NCBI GenBank assembly: GCA_963750735.1
Contig: CAVVRY010000014.1
Coordinates: 74,571-138,570, forward strand
DNA from: an uncultured Bacteroidales bacterium
GTDB taxonomy: Bacteria > Bacteroidota > Bacteroidia > Bacteroidales > VadinHA17
DNA: 64,000 bases
Reading direction: 5' to 3'
The notes under the pieces were generated by a model. That model ran no database searches and was not told the DNA's origin. It saw only the letters and a program-made list of their open reading frames with translations. The position numbers and the translations under genes were made by a program. Numbering within the stretch: position 1 is the first letter of the stretch; each line of letters opens with the position of its first letter. Positions 55,818 through 64,000 of the stretch are shown here, in pieces.

Positions 55818-58163
55818 ATGAATCACAAAATTTACACCTTCATAATTCTCCTATTCTCAATTCTAATTTCATCCTGCAACAATGAAAATGTAAGTATAAA
55901 TGAGGGTTCTGCAAAACCTGTCTATCCTTTTGAAATCTCGGATGTAACCTTGCTGGATGGACCATTTAAACATGCTACCGAACTAAATGTAATTTCATTA
56001 TTATCTTATAGTCCTGACAGACTTTTATCAAAATTTAGAAGTGAAGCTGGATTGCAACCAAAAGCACCGCCTTACGAAGGATGGGAGGCAGAAACAATTG
56101 CCGGACATAGCCTCGGACATTATTTAAGTGGGTGTGCTCTTATGTATCAGTCTAAAAATGACAAACGTTTCCTTGAACGTGTAAATTACATAGTTGATGA
56201 ACTTGAAGAATGTCAGTTAGCGAATGGAGATGGATACGTTGGAGCCATACCCAATGGGAAAAAAATTCTGGAGGAAGAAGTAGCAAAAGGAGACATTCGG
56301 TCTCAGGGTTTTGATCTTAATGGCCTATGGGCTCCCTATTACACATTACACAAAGTCATGGCTGGATTAAGAGATGCTTATCGTTTGTGTGATAATTTAA
56401 AAGCATTGGAAATTGAAAAAAAATTTGCCGATTGGTTACAAACAATTACAAAAAACCTAAATCATGAACAGATTCAGGAAATGCTAAATTGTGAACATGG
56501 TGGGATTAATGAAGCATTGGTTGATCTTTATGTAGATACTGATAATGAGGAATATCTGAGTCTTTCCAGGGTTTTTTACCATGAAGTCATTCTTGATTCA
56601 CTGGTTGCAGAAGTTGATATACTGCCTGGTAAACATGGTAATACTCAAATCCCAAAATTAATAGGGCTGGCCAGTAGTTATGAAGCAACAGGAGATCCAA
56701 ATGATAAAAAAGCTGCTGAGTTTTTTTGGAAAACGGTGGTAAATGATCATTCCTATACAACTGGAGGTCACGGGAATCATGAATATTTTGGAGAGCCTGA
56801 TAAATTGCGCAACAGGTTAAGTGATGAAACAACGGAAACATGCAATGTATATAACATGTTGAAATTGTCTAATCATCTCTTTCAATGGAACCCTGATGCC
56901 GAAATTGCCGATTATTATGAAAGAGCTCTCTTCAATCATATTTTATCCTCACAACATCCTGCTGATGGCCGAGTAATCTATAATCTTTCACTTGAAATGG
57001 GCGGGCATAAAAGATATGAGGATCCAGAATGGTTTACCTGTTGTGTTGGGACTGGAATGGAATCTCATTCAAAATATGGAAGGAACATTTTCTTTAAAAA
57101 TGAGGATGAATTATATGTGAGTCAGTTTATTGCAGCTCGTGCGAACTGGAAGGAAAATAGTGTAATAATAACTCAAATTACCAATTACCCTGAAGAACAG
57201 GGGACTAAAATTAAAATTGAATGTGCCGATCCTCAGAAATTTACACTCTACATTCGTTATCCTTTTTGGGCAGAAAAAGGAATAGATGTTTTCATCAATA
57301 AGAAGAAACATAAAACTAAAGAAAAACCAGGAAGTTTTATTGCTTTACGTAGAGTTTGGAAATCGGGCGATGAAATAGAGATTAGCATTCCATTTTCCCT
57401 TAGATTAGAACCTATGCCTGATGATGAAAACAGAGTTGCCATATTATATGGGCCACTGGTTCTTGCTGGAGATTTGGGTCCAGTGGATGATCCCGATGCC
57501 AATAATCCTGATTATGTTCCCATCCTCTTAACTGAAGAAAAAAATCCTGCCAATTGGTTAAGCCCCATTGAGGATAACCACAATTATTTTACAGTTTCCT
57601 CTGAAGTTGCTCGTCCTCGATCCTTCGAGCTAAAACCATTTTATAAAACACATGATAGAAGGTATTCCGTATACTGGGATCTTTTTAATGAGGAGAGATG
57701 GAATCAGCATCAACTAGAGTACCAGGCAGAATTAAAACGTATAAAAGAACTCGAAGCAAAAACAATTGATTTTTTCCAGCCCGGAGAAATGCAGGAAGAG
57801 CGCAATCATAATTTTGAGGGAGAAAAAATAAGGGTAATGGATTTCAGACACCAAAAAGCGAGGGTAGCAGACAGGGGCGGTTGGTTTTCCTTTGAACTGA
57901 ATGTGAATCCAGGTAAAAAAGCAGCTTTAGTTATTCATTACTGGGGAGGATTTACAGGTTCTAAAACCTTTGACATCCTGATAAATGGGCAAAAAATAGC
58001 AACTGAAAATATTTCAGGAAAAAAAGATGGAGAATTTATTGATATAGAATACTCTATACCGGAGGAAATAACTTATGACCGAGATAAGATAAAGGTTAGA
58101 TTCCAGCCTCACGTAGGCAGTAGAGGGGGACCAATATTTGGGGCCAGAACTATTTTAAAATAA
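55818..58163 (+). CDS. Glycoside hydrolase family 127 (beta-L-arabinofuranosidase-like, DUF1680)
   Basis: ~781 aa from ATG 55818, with a lipoprotein-type signal (LFSILISSC). Zn/catalytic Cys signature reads E-T-C (DETTETCNVYNML) plus the CC pair (WFTCCVGTGMESH), as in HypBA1-type enzymes. HSLGHYLSG and GGHGNHEYFG blocks are also present. Confidence 0.85.
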   Translation: MNHKIYTFIILLFSILISSCNNENVSINEGSAKPVYPFEISDVTLLDGPFKHATELNVISLLSYSPDRLLSKFRSEAGLQPKAPPYEGWEAETIAGHSLGHYLSGCALMYQSKNDKRFLERVNYIVDELEECQLANGDGYVGAIPNGKKILEEEVAKGDIRSQGFDLNGLWAPYYTLHKVMAGLRDAYRLCDNLKALEIEKKFADWLQTITKNLNHEQIQEMLNCEHGGINEALVDLYVDTDNEEYLSLSRVFYHEVILDSLVAEVDILPGKHGNTQIPKLIGLASSYEATGDPNDKKAAEFFWKTVVNDHSYTTGGHGNHEYFGEPDKLRNRLSDETTETCNVYNMLKLSNHLFQWNPDAEIADYYERALFNHILSSQHPADGRVIYNLSLEMGGHKRYEDPEWFTCCVGTGMESHSKYGRNIFFKNEDELYVSQFIAARANWKENSVIITQITNYPEEQGTKIKIECADPQKFTLYIRYPFWAEKGIDVFINKKKHKTKEKPGSFIALRRVWKSGDEIEISIPFSLRLEPMPDDENRVAILYGPLVLAGDLGPVDDPDANNPDYVPILLTEEKNPANWLSPIEDNHNYFTVSSEVARPRSFELKPFYKTHDRRYSVYWDLFNEERWNQHQLEYQAELKRIKELEAKTIDFFQPGEMQEERNHNFEGEKIRVMDFRHQKARVADRGGWFSFELNVNPGKKAALVIHYWGGFTGSKTFDILINGQKIATENISGKKDGEFIDIEYSIPEEITYDRDKIKVRFQPHVGSRGGPIFGARTILK

Positions 58164-58540
58164 TTTCTATACTGCAGATTCTTCATGTTTTAAAGGATGA
58201 ATATTTCTTTGATCATAAAGCCTCATTCTAAATTAAGTCTAAATTAGACCCACCTTTCAGGTCGGGGAAATTTAAAGATTAAAAATATCATATCATTTCC
58301 TGGCTTCCATCATTTATCCAAAATTACTCTAACAATCAATATTTCCTACTAATCATAACATCCTGAATACCTGATTATTAGAATAGTTAAACAAGATTTT
58401 ATAAAAAGATTGAAAAAGATATTGTATTTTACCAAAACTTAAAAAAAAATATTCCTTTCTCAACATTTTTGAAAAGGAGTTTTAATGTTATTTTTAAAAA
58501 TACTTTATAAATTAGAATTAATAAATAAATAAATGTTGTT

Positions 58541-59608
58541 ATGAATTTAAAGAAGATCCTATTTTTCTCGGTTACCGCTCTAATATTGAGTTCAATTTTA
58601 CTTTCGTGTAACCCAAAAGCTTCAGATAATACAAGTGAAGCTAAAGTTGAGCACTTTCGATTTATCCAGTTTAGTGAAACTCCTTTTGATACTGAAAAAG
58701 GAACCCATTCCTTAACTGAAAAAGAGGCCCAGACAATAAACAATTATAAATTCACCTACGATGAAAAGGGTCGGTTGTCCTCAATTGAATATTGCAGAGG
58801 CGATGAAATACTTTCCTATGGTTCCATGCGTGGTGCCGCCACAATTAAATACACATATGAGGATAACAAACAGATAAAACATTTCTTCAATGAAGCAAAT
58901 GAGCAAATTGAATCAGCAGGAGTTTACTCTGCAGTTTATACCATTGATTCAAATGGCTTTAGGACAGGGCTTGAGTTTTTAGATAAGGATGGAAATCCTG
59001 TAGAAAACCGCAATAACATCAATCGCTATACCTGGAACCAGCTTGAAAATGGATATATTAAAGAATTAAGATATAATCTTGCAAATGAGGAGATAATTAT
59101 GAATCCATTTTGTCCTTTCTATGAATTAAGGTTCGAATATGATAGCAAAGGATATGTAACAAGAATGATGAACTACGAGGCTGATACTCTATATAACTGT
59201 ACGGCTGAGAACTGCGGAGATATAGGAGTTTCCTATTTTGAATTTAAAAATAATGATCATGGCGATCTTTTAAGTTTTTCGGTACACAATACTGTAGGAC
59301 AACTTTCAAATCTTTATTGGGGATGGGCAAAACGCATCAATAAAGTAGATGCAAATGGATATAATATTGAAACTGCTATGTTCGACCAGGACGATGAATA
59401 TCTTTCAGGGAAAAATGTTCCTGTTACACAAAGCACTTATGATGAGCATGGTGCATTGATTGAAACAAAAAGTTTGGACATAGATAGGAATCTTATAAAC
59501 AACCCCAATAATGGAGTTGCTATTATAGAATACAAATATGATGAAAAAGGCAACCGGATTGAAACATTAAGATTTGATAAGGATAGAGTTGCTGTAGTAA
59601 GTGAATAG
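58541..59608 (+). CDS. Lipoprotein with YD/RHS-like repeats
   Basis: 355 aa with a lipobox (LSSILLSC). It has at least 6 recurrences of a [FY]x[YF]DxxG module (FTYDEKGRL, FEYDSKGYV, STYDEHGAL, YKYDEKGNR and others). Confidence 0.55.
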   Translation: MNLKKILFFSVTALILSSILLSCNPKASDNTSEAKVEHFRFIQFSETPFDTEKGTHSLTEKEAQTINNYKFTYDEKGRLSSIEYCRGDEILSYGSMRGAATIKYTYEDNKQIKHFFNEANEQIESAGVYSAVYTIDSNGFRTGLEFLDKDGNPVENRNNINRYTWNQLENGYIKELRYNLANEEIIMNPFCPFYELRFEYDSKGYVTRMMNYEADTLYNCTAENCGDIGVSYFEFKNNDHGDLLSFSVHNTVGQLSNLYWGWAKRINKVDANGYNIETAMFDQDDEYLSGKNVPVTQSTYDEHGALIETKSLDIDRNLINNPNNGVAIIEYKYDEKGNRIETLRFDKDRVAVVSE

Positions 59609-59615
59609 TATAATT

Positions 59616-60668
59616 ATGAGATTCTTATTCAAGTTATTTTTGATTCCTGTTATAGCATTATTTCTATTTGCCGTAGGTTGTTCCAATGAAAATTCAGAAA
59701 AAGGCAAAAACAAAACCGCAGTAGTTGCTAAAAATGTCCCGCAGGTAGAACCTTTAAATATTAGTAAAGAAACTACGCTCCTACTTAAAGATCTAGCTGA
59801 AAATGGTGATTATGTGAATGGACGAGAGTTTCCTTCCTTAATTAAAGCTTCAGCTGTTCATGACCTTTTAGGAAAGAATATCCACATTATTGATATAAGG
59901 TCTGCTCAGGAGTATTCTGAAGGTCATATTCAAGGAGCTGTAAATAAAGACTTCATAGATCTCCCTGGATACTTTGAATTAGGGATCAAACCATTTGAAT
60001 TTGACAGAATTATTCTTATTAGTACTGATGGACAGGTTTCCAGTTATACCACCTCCTTACTTCGTTTAATGGGATATGGGAATGTTTATTCAATGAGATG
60101 GGGAATGAGTGGATGGAATAATATTTATGCAGAGAAAGGATGGTTTGCAGCTTGCAGCTCTGATTTTCAAAATCAACTTGAAGAAGAAATAAATGATAAA
60201 CCAACTAGTAGCGGAATGCCTGTTTTAGATACAGGTAAATCTACTGGTGAACAAATAGGCCAGGTGCGTTTCAAACAGCTTTTTTCTGAAGGACTCGACA
60301 ATGTTATGGTAAATGCTTCAGATGTTTTTCTAATTCCACAAAATTATTACATAATCAATTATGATCGTCGTGATAAATATGAAAGTGGTCATATTCCTGG
60401 AGCTATTCGTTATAAACCTGGTGCTACATTAAGCATAGTTGAGGAAATGGCAACTATCCCATCTGATAAAACTGTGGTAATATATTGTGGGACAGGTCAT
60501 AACTCAGGTTTTGTAACCGCGTATCTTAGATTATTCGGTTATGATGCCCGTACCTTGAAGTATGGAAACAATGGCTTTATGTATGATCGAATGGTTGAGG
60601 ATCGATCTACACTTTCATGGCTACCTTTTACTAAATCAGATGTAAATGATTACAAGGTGGTTAAATAA
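59616..60668 (+). CDS. Lipoprotein with tandem rhodanese domains (C-terminal domain has a catalytic Cys loop)
   Basis: ATG 59616 gives MRFLFKLFLIPVIALFLFAVGC (lipobox). Domain 1 (IIDIRSAQEYSEGHIQGAVN...ISTDGQVSS) has no Cys. Domain 2 (YESGHIPGAIRY...VIYCGTGHNSGF) has the active-site Cys. Confidence 0.8.
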   Translation: MRFLFKLFLIPVIALFLFAVGCSNENSEKGKNKTAVVAKNVPQVEPLNISKETTLLLKDLAENGDYVNGREFPSLIKASAVHDLLGKNIHIIDIRSAQEYSEGHIQGAVNKDFIDLPGYFELGIKPFEFDRIILISTDGQVSSYTTSLLRLMGYGNVYSMRWGMSGWNNIYAEKGWFAACSSDFQNQLEEEINDKPTSSGMPVLDTGKSTGEQIGQVRFKQLFSEGLDNVMVNASDVFLIPQNYYIINYDRRDKYESGHIPGAIRYKPGATLSIVEEMATIPSDKTVVIYCGTGHNSGFVTAYLRLFGYDARTLKYGNNGFMYDRMVEDRSTLSWLPFTKSDVNDYKVVK

Positions 60669-60683
60669 CACCTCCTGGTTCTA

Positions 60684-61184
60684 TTAAAATGCTGAAATAT
60701 CTTTAAATGTAGATATTTCAGGCTTAAATGAATGATTGAAGTTTTCTAGATCTCCTAGTTTTCCAAATATAAATAGGTTTTCAATTCCTTTTTGGGCCAG
60801 TATCATCCAGGCTCTTGCTGCAACAGAGGGATCCTCTGAAACAAGGATTTTAGGGCTTTTAAACTTCTTAAGCTCTTCAACCATTTCCCCATTTACTAAA
60901 TCCTCAGTATTAAATACTGAAACCTCAAAATCTGCAACTGGCTCAAGACTTTTCTCATCATCGAGATACACAAGCATGACTTTTTGGCTCATTTGCTCAA
61001 TTTGAGATACATCAACTATATTGGTTCCGGAAAGTGCAGGAATTGCATTTTTCTCTGCCCCCGGTTTGAATTGATCTCCAGCAAAAAAACGAATTCCTAA
61101 TAATAATAGCACAAAGGCAAAAATCAGAAAAACCCACTTATATGTTTCAAATAAAGCTTTAAGCATCATTCTTATGTATATCAT
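60684..61184 (-). CDS. Membrane-anchored hypothetical protein, degenerate rhodanese-like fold
   Basis: 166 aa with an N-terminal TM. The C-terminal part (ILVSEDPSVAARAWMILAQKGIENLFIF) resembles the rhodanese active-site strand/helix but has no Cys. Its ATG overlaps the upstream stop (ATGA). Confidence 0.45.
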   Translation of the reverse strand: MIYIRMMLKALFETYKWVFLIFAFVLLLLGIRFFAGDQFKPGAEKNAIPALSGTNIVDVSQIEQMSQKVMLVYLDDEKSLEPVADFEVSVFNTEDLVNGEMVEELKKFKSPKILVSEDPSVAARAWMILAQKGIENLFIFGKLGDLENFNHSFKPEISTFKDISAF

Positions 61185-61792
61185 TCACAACCACCATCAA
61201 GTTCCCTTTCTGCTTGCCGTCTCGATTCAGCATACTTCATTTTCAGACTATCTGGTAAGCTATTTATATCTGTAAAAAAACGCTTCGCTTTAGTTCGTGT
61301 TTCAAATAAGGCGTTTTCTCTAGGACTAATTCTTTCTCCCGAAAATTTACTGTTCATTACTTTTTCAAACCACTCATTCAATCCGCCAATCATTGCAAAA
61401 CAATTGCTATATCCTAAACCTCTGGAAATTACAAGAGCATAACTGGAATTAAGTTCTCCATTGGAGTAGAAAATATACCGTATTGATTTATTATAAAGCC
61501 AGGTCTCCGGTCTTTGATTAAAAAATTCGTCAAATGGTATATTAATGGCACCAGGTATATTAAATTTGCTATATTCTGCTCTGGTCCTCAAGTCAATTAA
61601 TTGAAAGGTACTGTCTTCATTAATTACAAGCCTGGCTACCTGGTCCACTGAAAAATAAGAATCATCCTCAAAAACGGACGTAGACAATACACCTGAATCT
61701 TCAATAAAAGAATAAGTCCCTGAACCGGGTAGTAGAACCAATATTAGCCCCATGGCTACCAATAAAATTGAAATTTTAGGACGTACCTGCAT
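61181..61792 (-). CDS. Membrane-anchored rhodanese-like protein without active-site Cys, ending in ...DGGCE
   Basis: The preferred start at 61792 (MQVRPKISILLVAMGLILVLL) avoids a 32-nt overlap with the upstream gene. The rhodanese signature is LIDLRTRAEYSKFNIPGAINIP. The loop FYSNGELNSS lacks Cys, and the last residues are LDGGCE. Confidence 0.65.
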   Translation of the reverse strand: MQVRPKISILLVAMGLILVLLPGSGTYSFIEDSGVLSTSVFEDDSYFSVDQVARLVINEDSTFQLIDLRTRAEYSKFNIPGAINIPFDEFFNQRPETWLYNKSIRYIFYSNGELNSSYALVISRGLGYSNCFAMIGGLNEWFEKVMNSKFSGERISPRENALFETRTKAKRFFTDINSLPDSLKMKYAESRRQAERELDGGCE

Positions 61793-61802
61793 ATTTTGCG
61801 GT

Positions 61803-62405
61803 TTATAGATCACTTGTAATATCAGGTCTTGCAAATCTTTTTTCAGCTAATTCTGAAAGCCAAAACATTCCCACTGCAACTACAATAAGCAACAATGTAA
61901 ATATAGCTGGAGATATCCCCATTATTTCGTTTATTCTCATTGGGCCTTTGTTTCCAGAATTTGCCAATCCATTGATTAGCGGCCAGGATTCAGCATATAA
62001 GAATGCGCCCAGAAAACCTCCACCTAGGAAAAACATCGCATCAATTTTACCAATTGAAACTGCACTTAATCCAGTTCCGGGACAAAATCCTCCCATTACA
62101 AAACCTGCACCCATTATAATGCCTCCAATGATTGAGGCACCAGTATAAAACTCATTCACGTATACCTTACTCAGATCAAGTAATCCAAGATAACTCATTA
62201 ATTGCGAGCCAACAAGAGCAACTATAGCAGCAGTGAAGAAAACCTTAATAACAGTTGCATCATATCCGTAAAACATGCCAGCTAATTTTCTACTGGAAGA
62301 GAATCCTGCCCTTTCAAGAGCAAATCCAAACCCAATGCCAATCAAAAAAGCAATAAGAAGGCTTAACCATTCAGGGAAATTAGGATTAGTGGTAATAGGA
62401 TCCAT
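61803..62405 (-). CDS. YeeE/YedE-family sulfur-compound transporter, second half-protein
   Basis: 200 aa, polytopic. Contains the conserved GFCPGTG motif. Confidence 0.8.
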   Translation of the reverse strand: MDPITTNPNFPEWLSLLIAFLIGIGFGFALERAGFSSSRKLAGMFYGYDATVIKVFFTAAIVALVGSQLMSYLGLLDLSKVYVNEFYTGASIIGGIIMGAGFVMGGFCPGTGLSAVSIGKIDAMFFLGGGFLGAFLYAESWPLINGLANSGNKGPMRINEIMGISPAIFTLLLIVVAVGMFWLSELAEKRFARPDITSDL

Positions 62406-62417
62406 AATAAATACTTG

Positions 62418-62927
62418 TTAAATCCAGTTTTTTCTAAAGAACCATGCAAATAGATAGGCTGAACCAAAAATCGATATCATGGTAACAAAACCTCCAACAG
62501 AAAGAACTGCCATGCCAGACAACGCAGCACCACTTGTGCAGCCTCTGGCCAATTGTGCACCATAAACAAATAAAACCCCTCCCAGGAATGCCATAAGCAA
62601 TCTTCGGCGAACAGAAATGGAAGGGGATTTTTCAACCTTAAATTTTAATCGTTTGGCAAAAACTCCCGAAATAAATCCTCCGACCAGGACGCCCAACACC
62701 TCAAATGGAAGCCAATTAAGAAGTGGTTTTTTTCCACCCTCAAAGTATTTAACATAATAATCAGATTTTGCTACATGTTCAGAATCAATGCTTCCAACAA
62801 GAGAAACGACACAGTATTTAATTCCACCACTGGCCCCTAGTCCTCTACCAGAAAGGTACATGGCTACAAGAAGCACCAATCCAAGGAGTGTGCCGGCCAA
62901 ATATGGATTCATATACTTACTTTTCAT
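62418..62927 (-). CDS. YeeE/YedE-family sulfur-compound transporter, first half-protein
   Basis: 169 aa, polytopic. Contains the conserved LARGCTSG motif. It lies 12 nt upstream of the second half-gene. Confidence 0.8.
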   Translation of the reverse strand: MKSKYMNPYLAGTLLGLVLLVAMYLSGRGLGASGGIKYCVVSLVGSIDSEHVAKSDYYVKYFEGGKKPLLNWLPFEVLGVLVGGFISGVFAKRLKFKVEKSPSISVRRRLLMAFLGGVLFVYGAQLARGCTSGAALSGMAVLSVGGFVTMISIFGSAYLFAWFFRKNWI

Positions 62928-63066
62928 TGTCAGTTTGCTATATTAAAAAAGTAAAGGTAAATAAATGTTTATTACTATATGGTAACAAATGAAATTCTGA
63001 AGTGAATTTGGGTTATGCTCAAATTTATGATGCTTGAGTAGTAGCGTGAATTAGGAAAGTGAATCT

Positions 63067-63099
63067 AAAAAAAAAGCCTGACACATTTGCATCAGGCTT
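63067..63099 (-). terminator. Rho-independent terminator after tRNA(CAT)
   Basis: An 8-bp stem (63074-63081, aagcctga, pairs with 63092-63099, tcaggctt) is followed by a T9 run on the minus strand. Confidence 0.75.
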
Positions 63100-63106
63100 A
63101 CCTTTG

Positions 63107-63180
63107 TAGCGAGACCGAGATTTGAACTCGGGACCTCATGATTATGAATCATGCGCTCTAACCAACTGAGCTATCTCGCC
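63107..63180 (-). tRNA. tRNA with CAT anticodon (elongator Met or lysidine-modified Ile2; not initiator)
   Basis: The minus strand reads GGCGAGA-TA-GCTC-AGTTGGTTA-GAGC-G-CATGA-TTCATAA-TCATG-AGGTC-CCGAG-TTCAAAT-CTCGG-TCTCGCT-A, which folds as a cloverleaf by hand. The anticodon stem lacks the three G-C pairs of initiator tRNA. CCA is not encoded. Confidence 0.9.
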
Positions 63181-63476
63181 ATTTAAATTTCAATATTCTT
63201 TTAATCCTAATGCACTCTAATCCCGAAAATCATCAAATCTCTGATTTGATCTGATTTGCGAGGACTCTCGAAAAACTATGAAATCAAAGATTTCTTGTTT
63301 GTTCGGAGCCAACTGAGCTATCTCGCCATTTAAATTTCAATATTCTTTTAATCCTAATGCACTCTAATCCCGAAAATCATCAAATCTCTGATTTGATCTG
63401 ATTTGCGAGGACTCTCGAAAAACTATGAAATCAAAGATTTCTTGTTTGTTCGGAGCCAACTGAGCTATCTCGCCAT
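63162..63476. repeat. Two perfect 147-bp tandem units plus a third 21-nt copy; each unit begins with the first 19 nt of the tRNA plus 2 leader nt
   Basis: The 21-mer ccaactgagctatctcgccat occurs at 63162-63182, 63309-63329 and 63456-63476. The two intervening 126-nt segments read identically. Confidence 0.9.
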
Positions 63477-63493
63477 CAAAAATTTTGAGGAGG

Positions 63494-63501
63494 CAAAGAT
63501 A
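63494..63501 (-). promoter_or_regulatory. Candidate -7 promoter box (TATCTTTG) upstream of the outermost tRNA 5' stub
   Basis: The minus strand reads TATCTTTG (TAnnTTTG) about 20 nt upstream of the G1-equivalent position of the stub at 63474. I see no comparable box inside the 147-bp units. Confidence 0.4.
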
Positions 63502-63721
63502 AAATTTTCTTTTCAATTATCAATTGAATCATTCTAGAATATTTTTAGTCTGGTTTTATGCAATCTCGAACAGAGCCAATGCCACAAACTCCTGTTATAC
63601 AGACTCTTTACCCATGTCCTGCCTGTCTGATTAAGGTTTAAATTTTGCACTTAAAATATCTTTTTGCAATTTCGATCAGTTCTTATATGTTTTTTGATTA
63701 TATTGCAAAAGGTATAAGAAT

Positions 63722-63729
63722 TATATTTG
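63722..63729 (+). promoter_or_regulatory. Candidate -7 promoter box (TATATTTG) for the START-like gene
   Basis: Matches TAnnTTTG and lies 14 nt upstream of the ATG at 63743. Confidence 0.3.
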
Positions 63730-63742
63730 ATTTTATAAGTCT

Positions 63743-64000
63743 ATGAAAACTAAATTTGAACTCGAATACACTTTTAATACATCACCCAAAGTATTATATC
63801 CACGTTTCAGCACTGCAGGAGGTCTATCAGAATGGTTTGCTGATGATGTTCATATAAATGGCAAGATTTTTACCTTTATTTGGAATGGATCCGAGCAGGA
63901 AGCAGAGCTCTTGCTTAAGAAAGATTCAAAATTCGCCAGATTTCACTGGCTTGATGACGAAGACCCAAAAGCATATTTTGAATTCAGATTGCATACTGAT
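63743..64000 (+). CDS. START-like / SRPBCC (AHSA1-like) domain protein, N-terminal part (runs off the right window edge)
   Basis: Own translation gives MKTKFELEYTFNTSPKVLYPRFSTAGGLSEWFADDVHINGKIFTFIWNGSEQEAELLLKKDSKFARFHWLDDEDPKAYFEFRLHTD. It resembles the small START-like proteins of Bacteroidota. It is not in the ORF track because there is no stop in the window. Confidence 0.55.
   Translation, partial: MKTKFELEYTFNTSPKVLYPRFSTAGGLSEWFADDVHINGKIFTFIWNGSEQEAELLLKKDSKFARFHWLDDEDPKAYFEFRLHTD

Noticed and set aside
58429-58743. 104-aa minus-strand ORF overlapping the promoter and 5' end of the YD-repeat lipoprotein gene
   Set aside because: It lies mostly in an AT-rich intergenic region. Its Phe/Lys/Ile-rich translation is typical of AT-rich noise, and the plus-strand lipoprotein start with its lipobox is more convincing.
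63162-63476. CRISPR-like repeat-spacer arrangement (21-nt repeat, 126-nt spacers)
   Set aside because: There are only three repeats, the two spacers are identical to each other, the repeat is simply the 5' end of the adjacent tRNA, and no cas genes are present. It is a tandem duplication, not an array.
62928-63742. Integrated mobile element (ICE/prophage) at the tRNA gene
   Set aside because: No integrase, excisionase or other mobile-element gene lies next to the tRNA on either side within the window. The flanks are a YeeE operon and a START-like gene. Only the short tRNA-stub repeats hint at past activity.

Overview
AT-rich (about one-third GC by eye) chromosomal segment that looks like Bacteroidota. 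This is inferred from a T9SS type-B sorting-domain protein, TAnnTTTG-type promoter boxes, an ExbB-ExbD-TonB cluster, tsaD/tamB and relA-fur-purA neighbourhoods, and many lipoproteins. A glycyl-radical enzyme and a NifX-like protein suggest an anaerobic or facultative lifestyle. I support about 55 protein-coding genes, one tRNA(CAT), several intrinsic terminators and a few promoter boxes. Most of the window is ordinary housekeeping: tsaD, tamB, glyA, relA/spoT, fur, purA, eno, fadD-like, pepD and nnr. I did not find a CRISPR array, prophage, defence island or any clear-cut new system. The candidates worth a second look are listed here. (1) A PFL2-class glycyl-radical enzyme of unassigned substrate is paired with an unusually short activase that has no auxiliary Fe-S insert, and it sits next to pepD and an MFS gene. 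(2) The tRNA(CAT) gene is separated from what looks like its native promoter by two perfect 147-bp units, each carrying a stub of the tRNA 5' end. (3) A ~130-bp tandem duplication of the 3' end of a TauE/SafE gene has compensating indels. (4) A sulfur-trafficking cluster has a split YeeE/YedE and three rhodanese-like proteins, one of which ends in ...DGGCE. (5) A DoxX membrane domain is fused, through an internal twin-arginine-like motif, to an uncharacterised domain next to a GH127 gene. (6) A beta-propeller/Y_Y_Y sensor is fused to a PP2C phosphatase, and two orphan DUF1987 (SiaC-like) genes lie in the window with no kinase. (7) A small accessory islet (30.0-33.2 kb) holds a class II Fic gene, a truncated IS110 transposase gene and a gene-less stretch. 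Four conserved genes show reading-frame or start-codon anomalies (tamB start, TauE tail, nitronate-monooxygenase-like tail, nnr split). These are either real decay or assembly base-call errors and should be checked against reads. All functional calls come from motif recognition in the translations; no database search was run.
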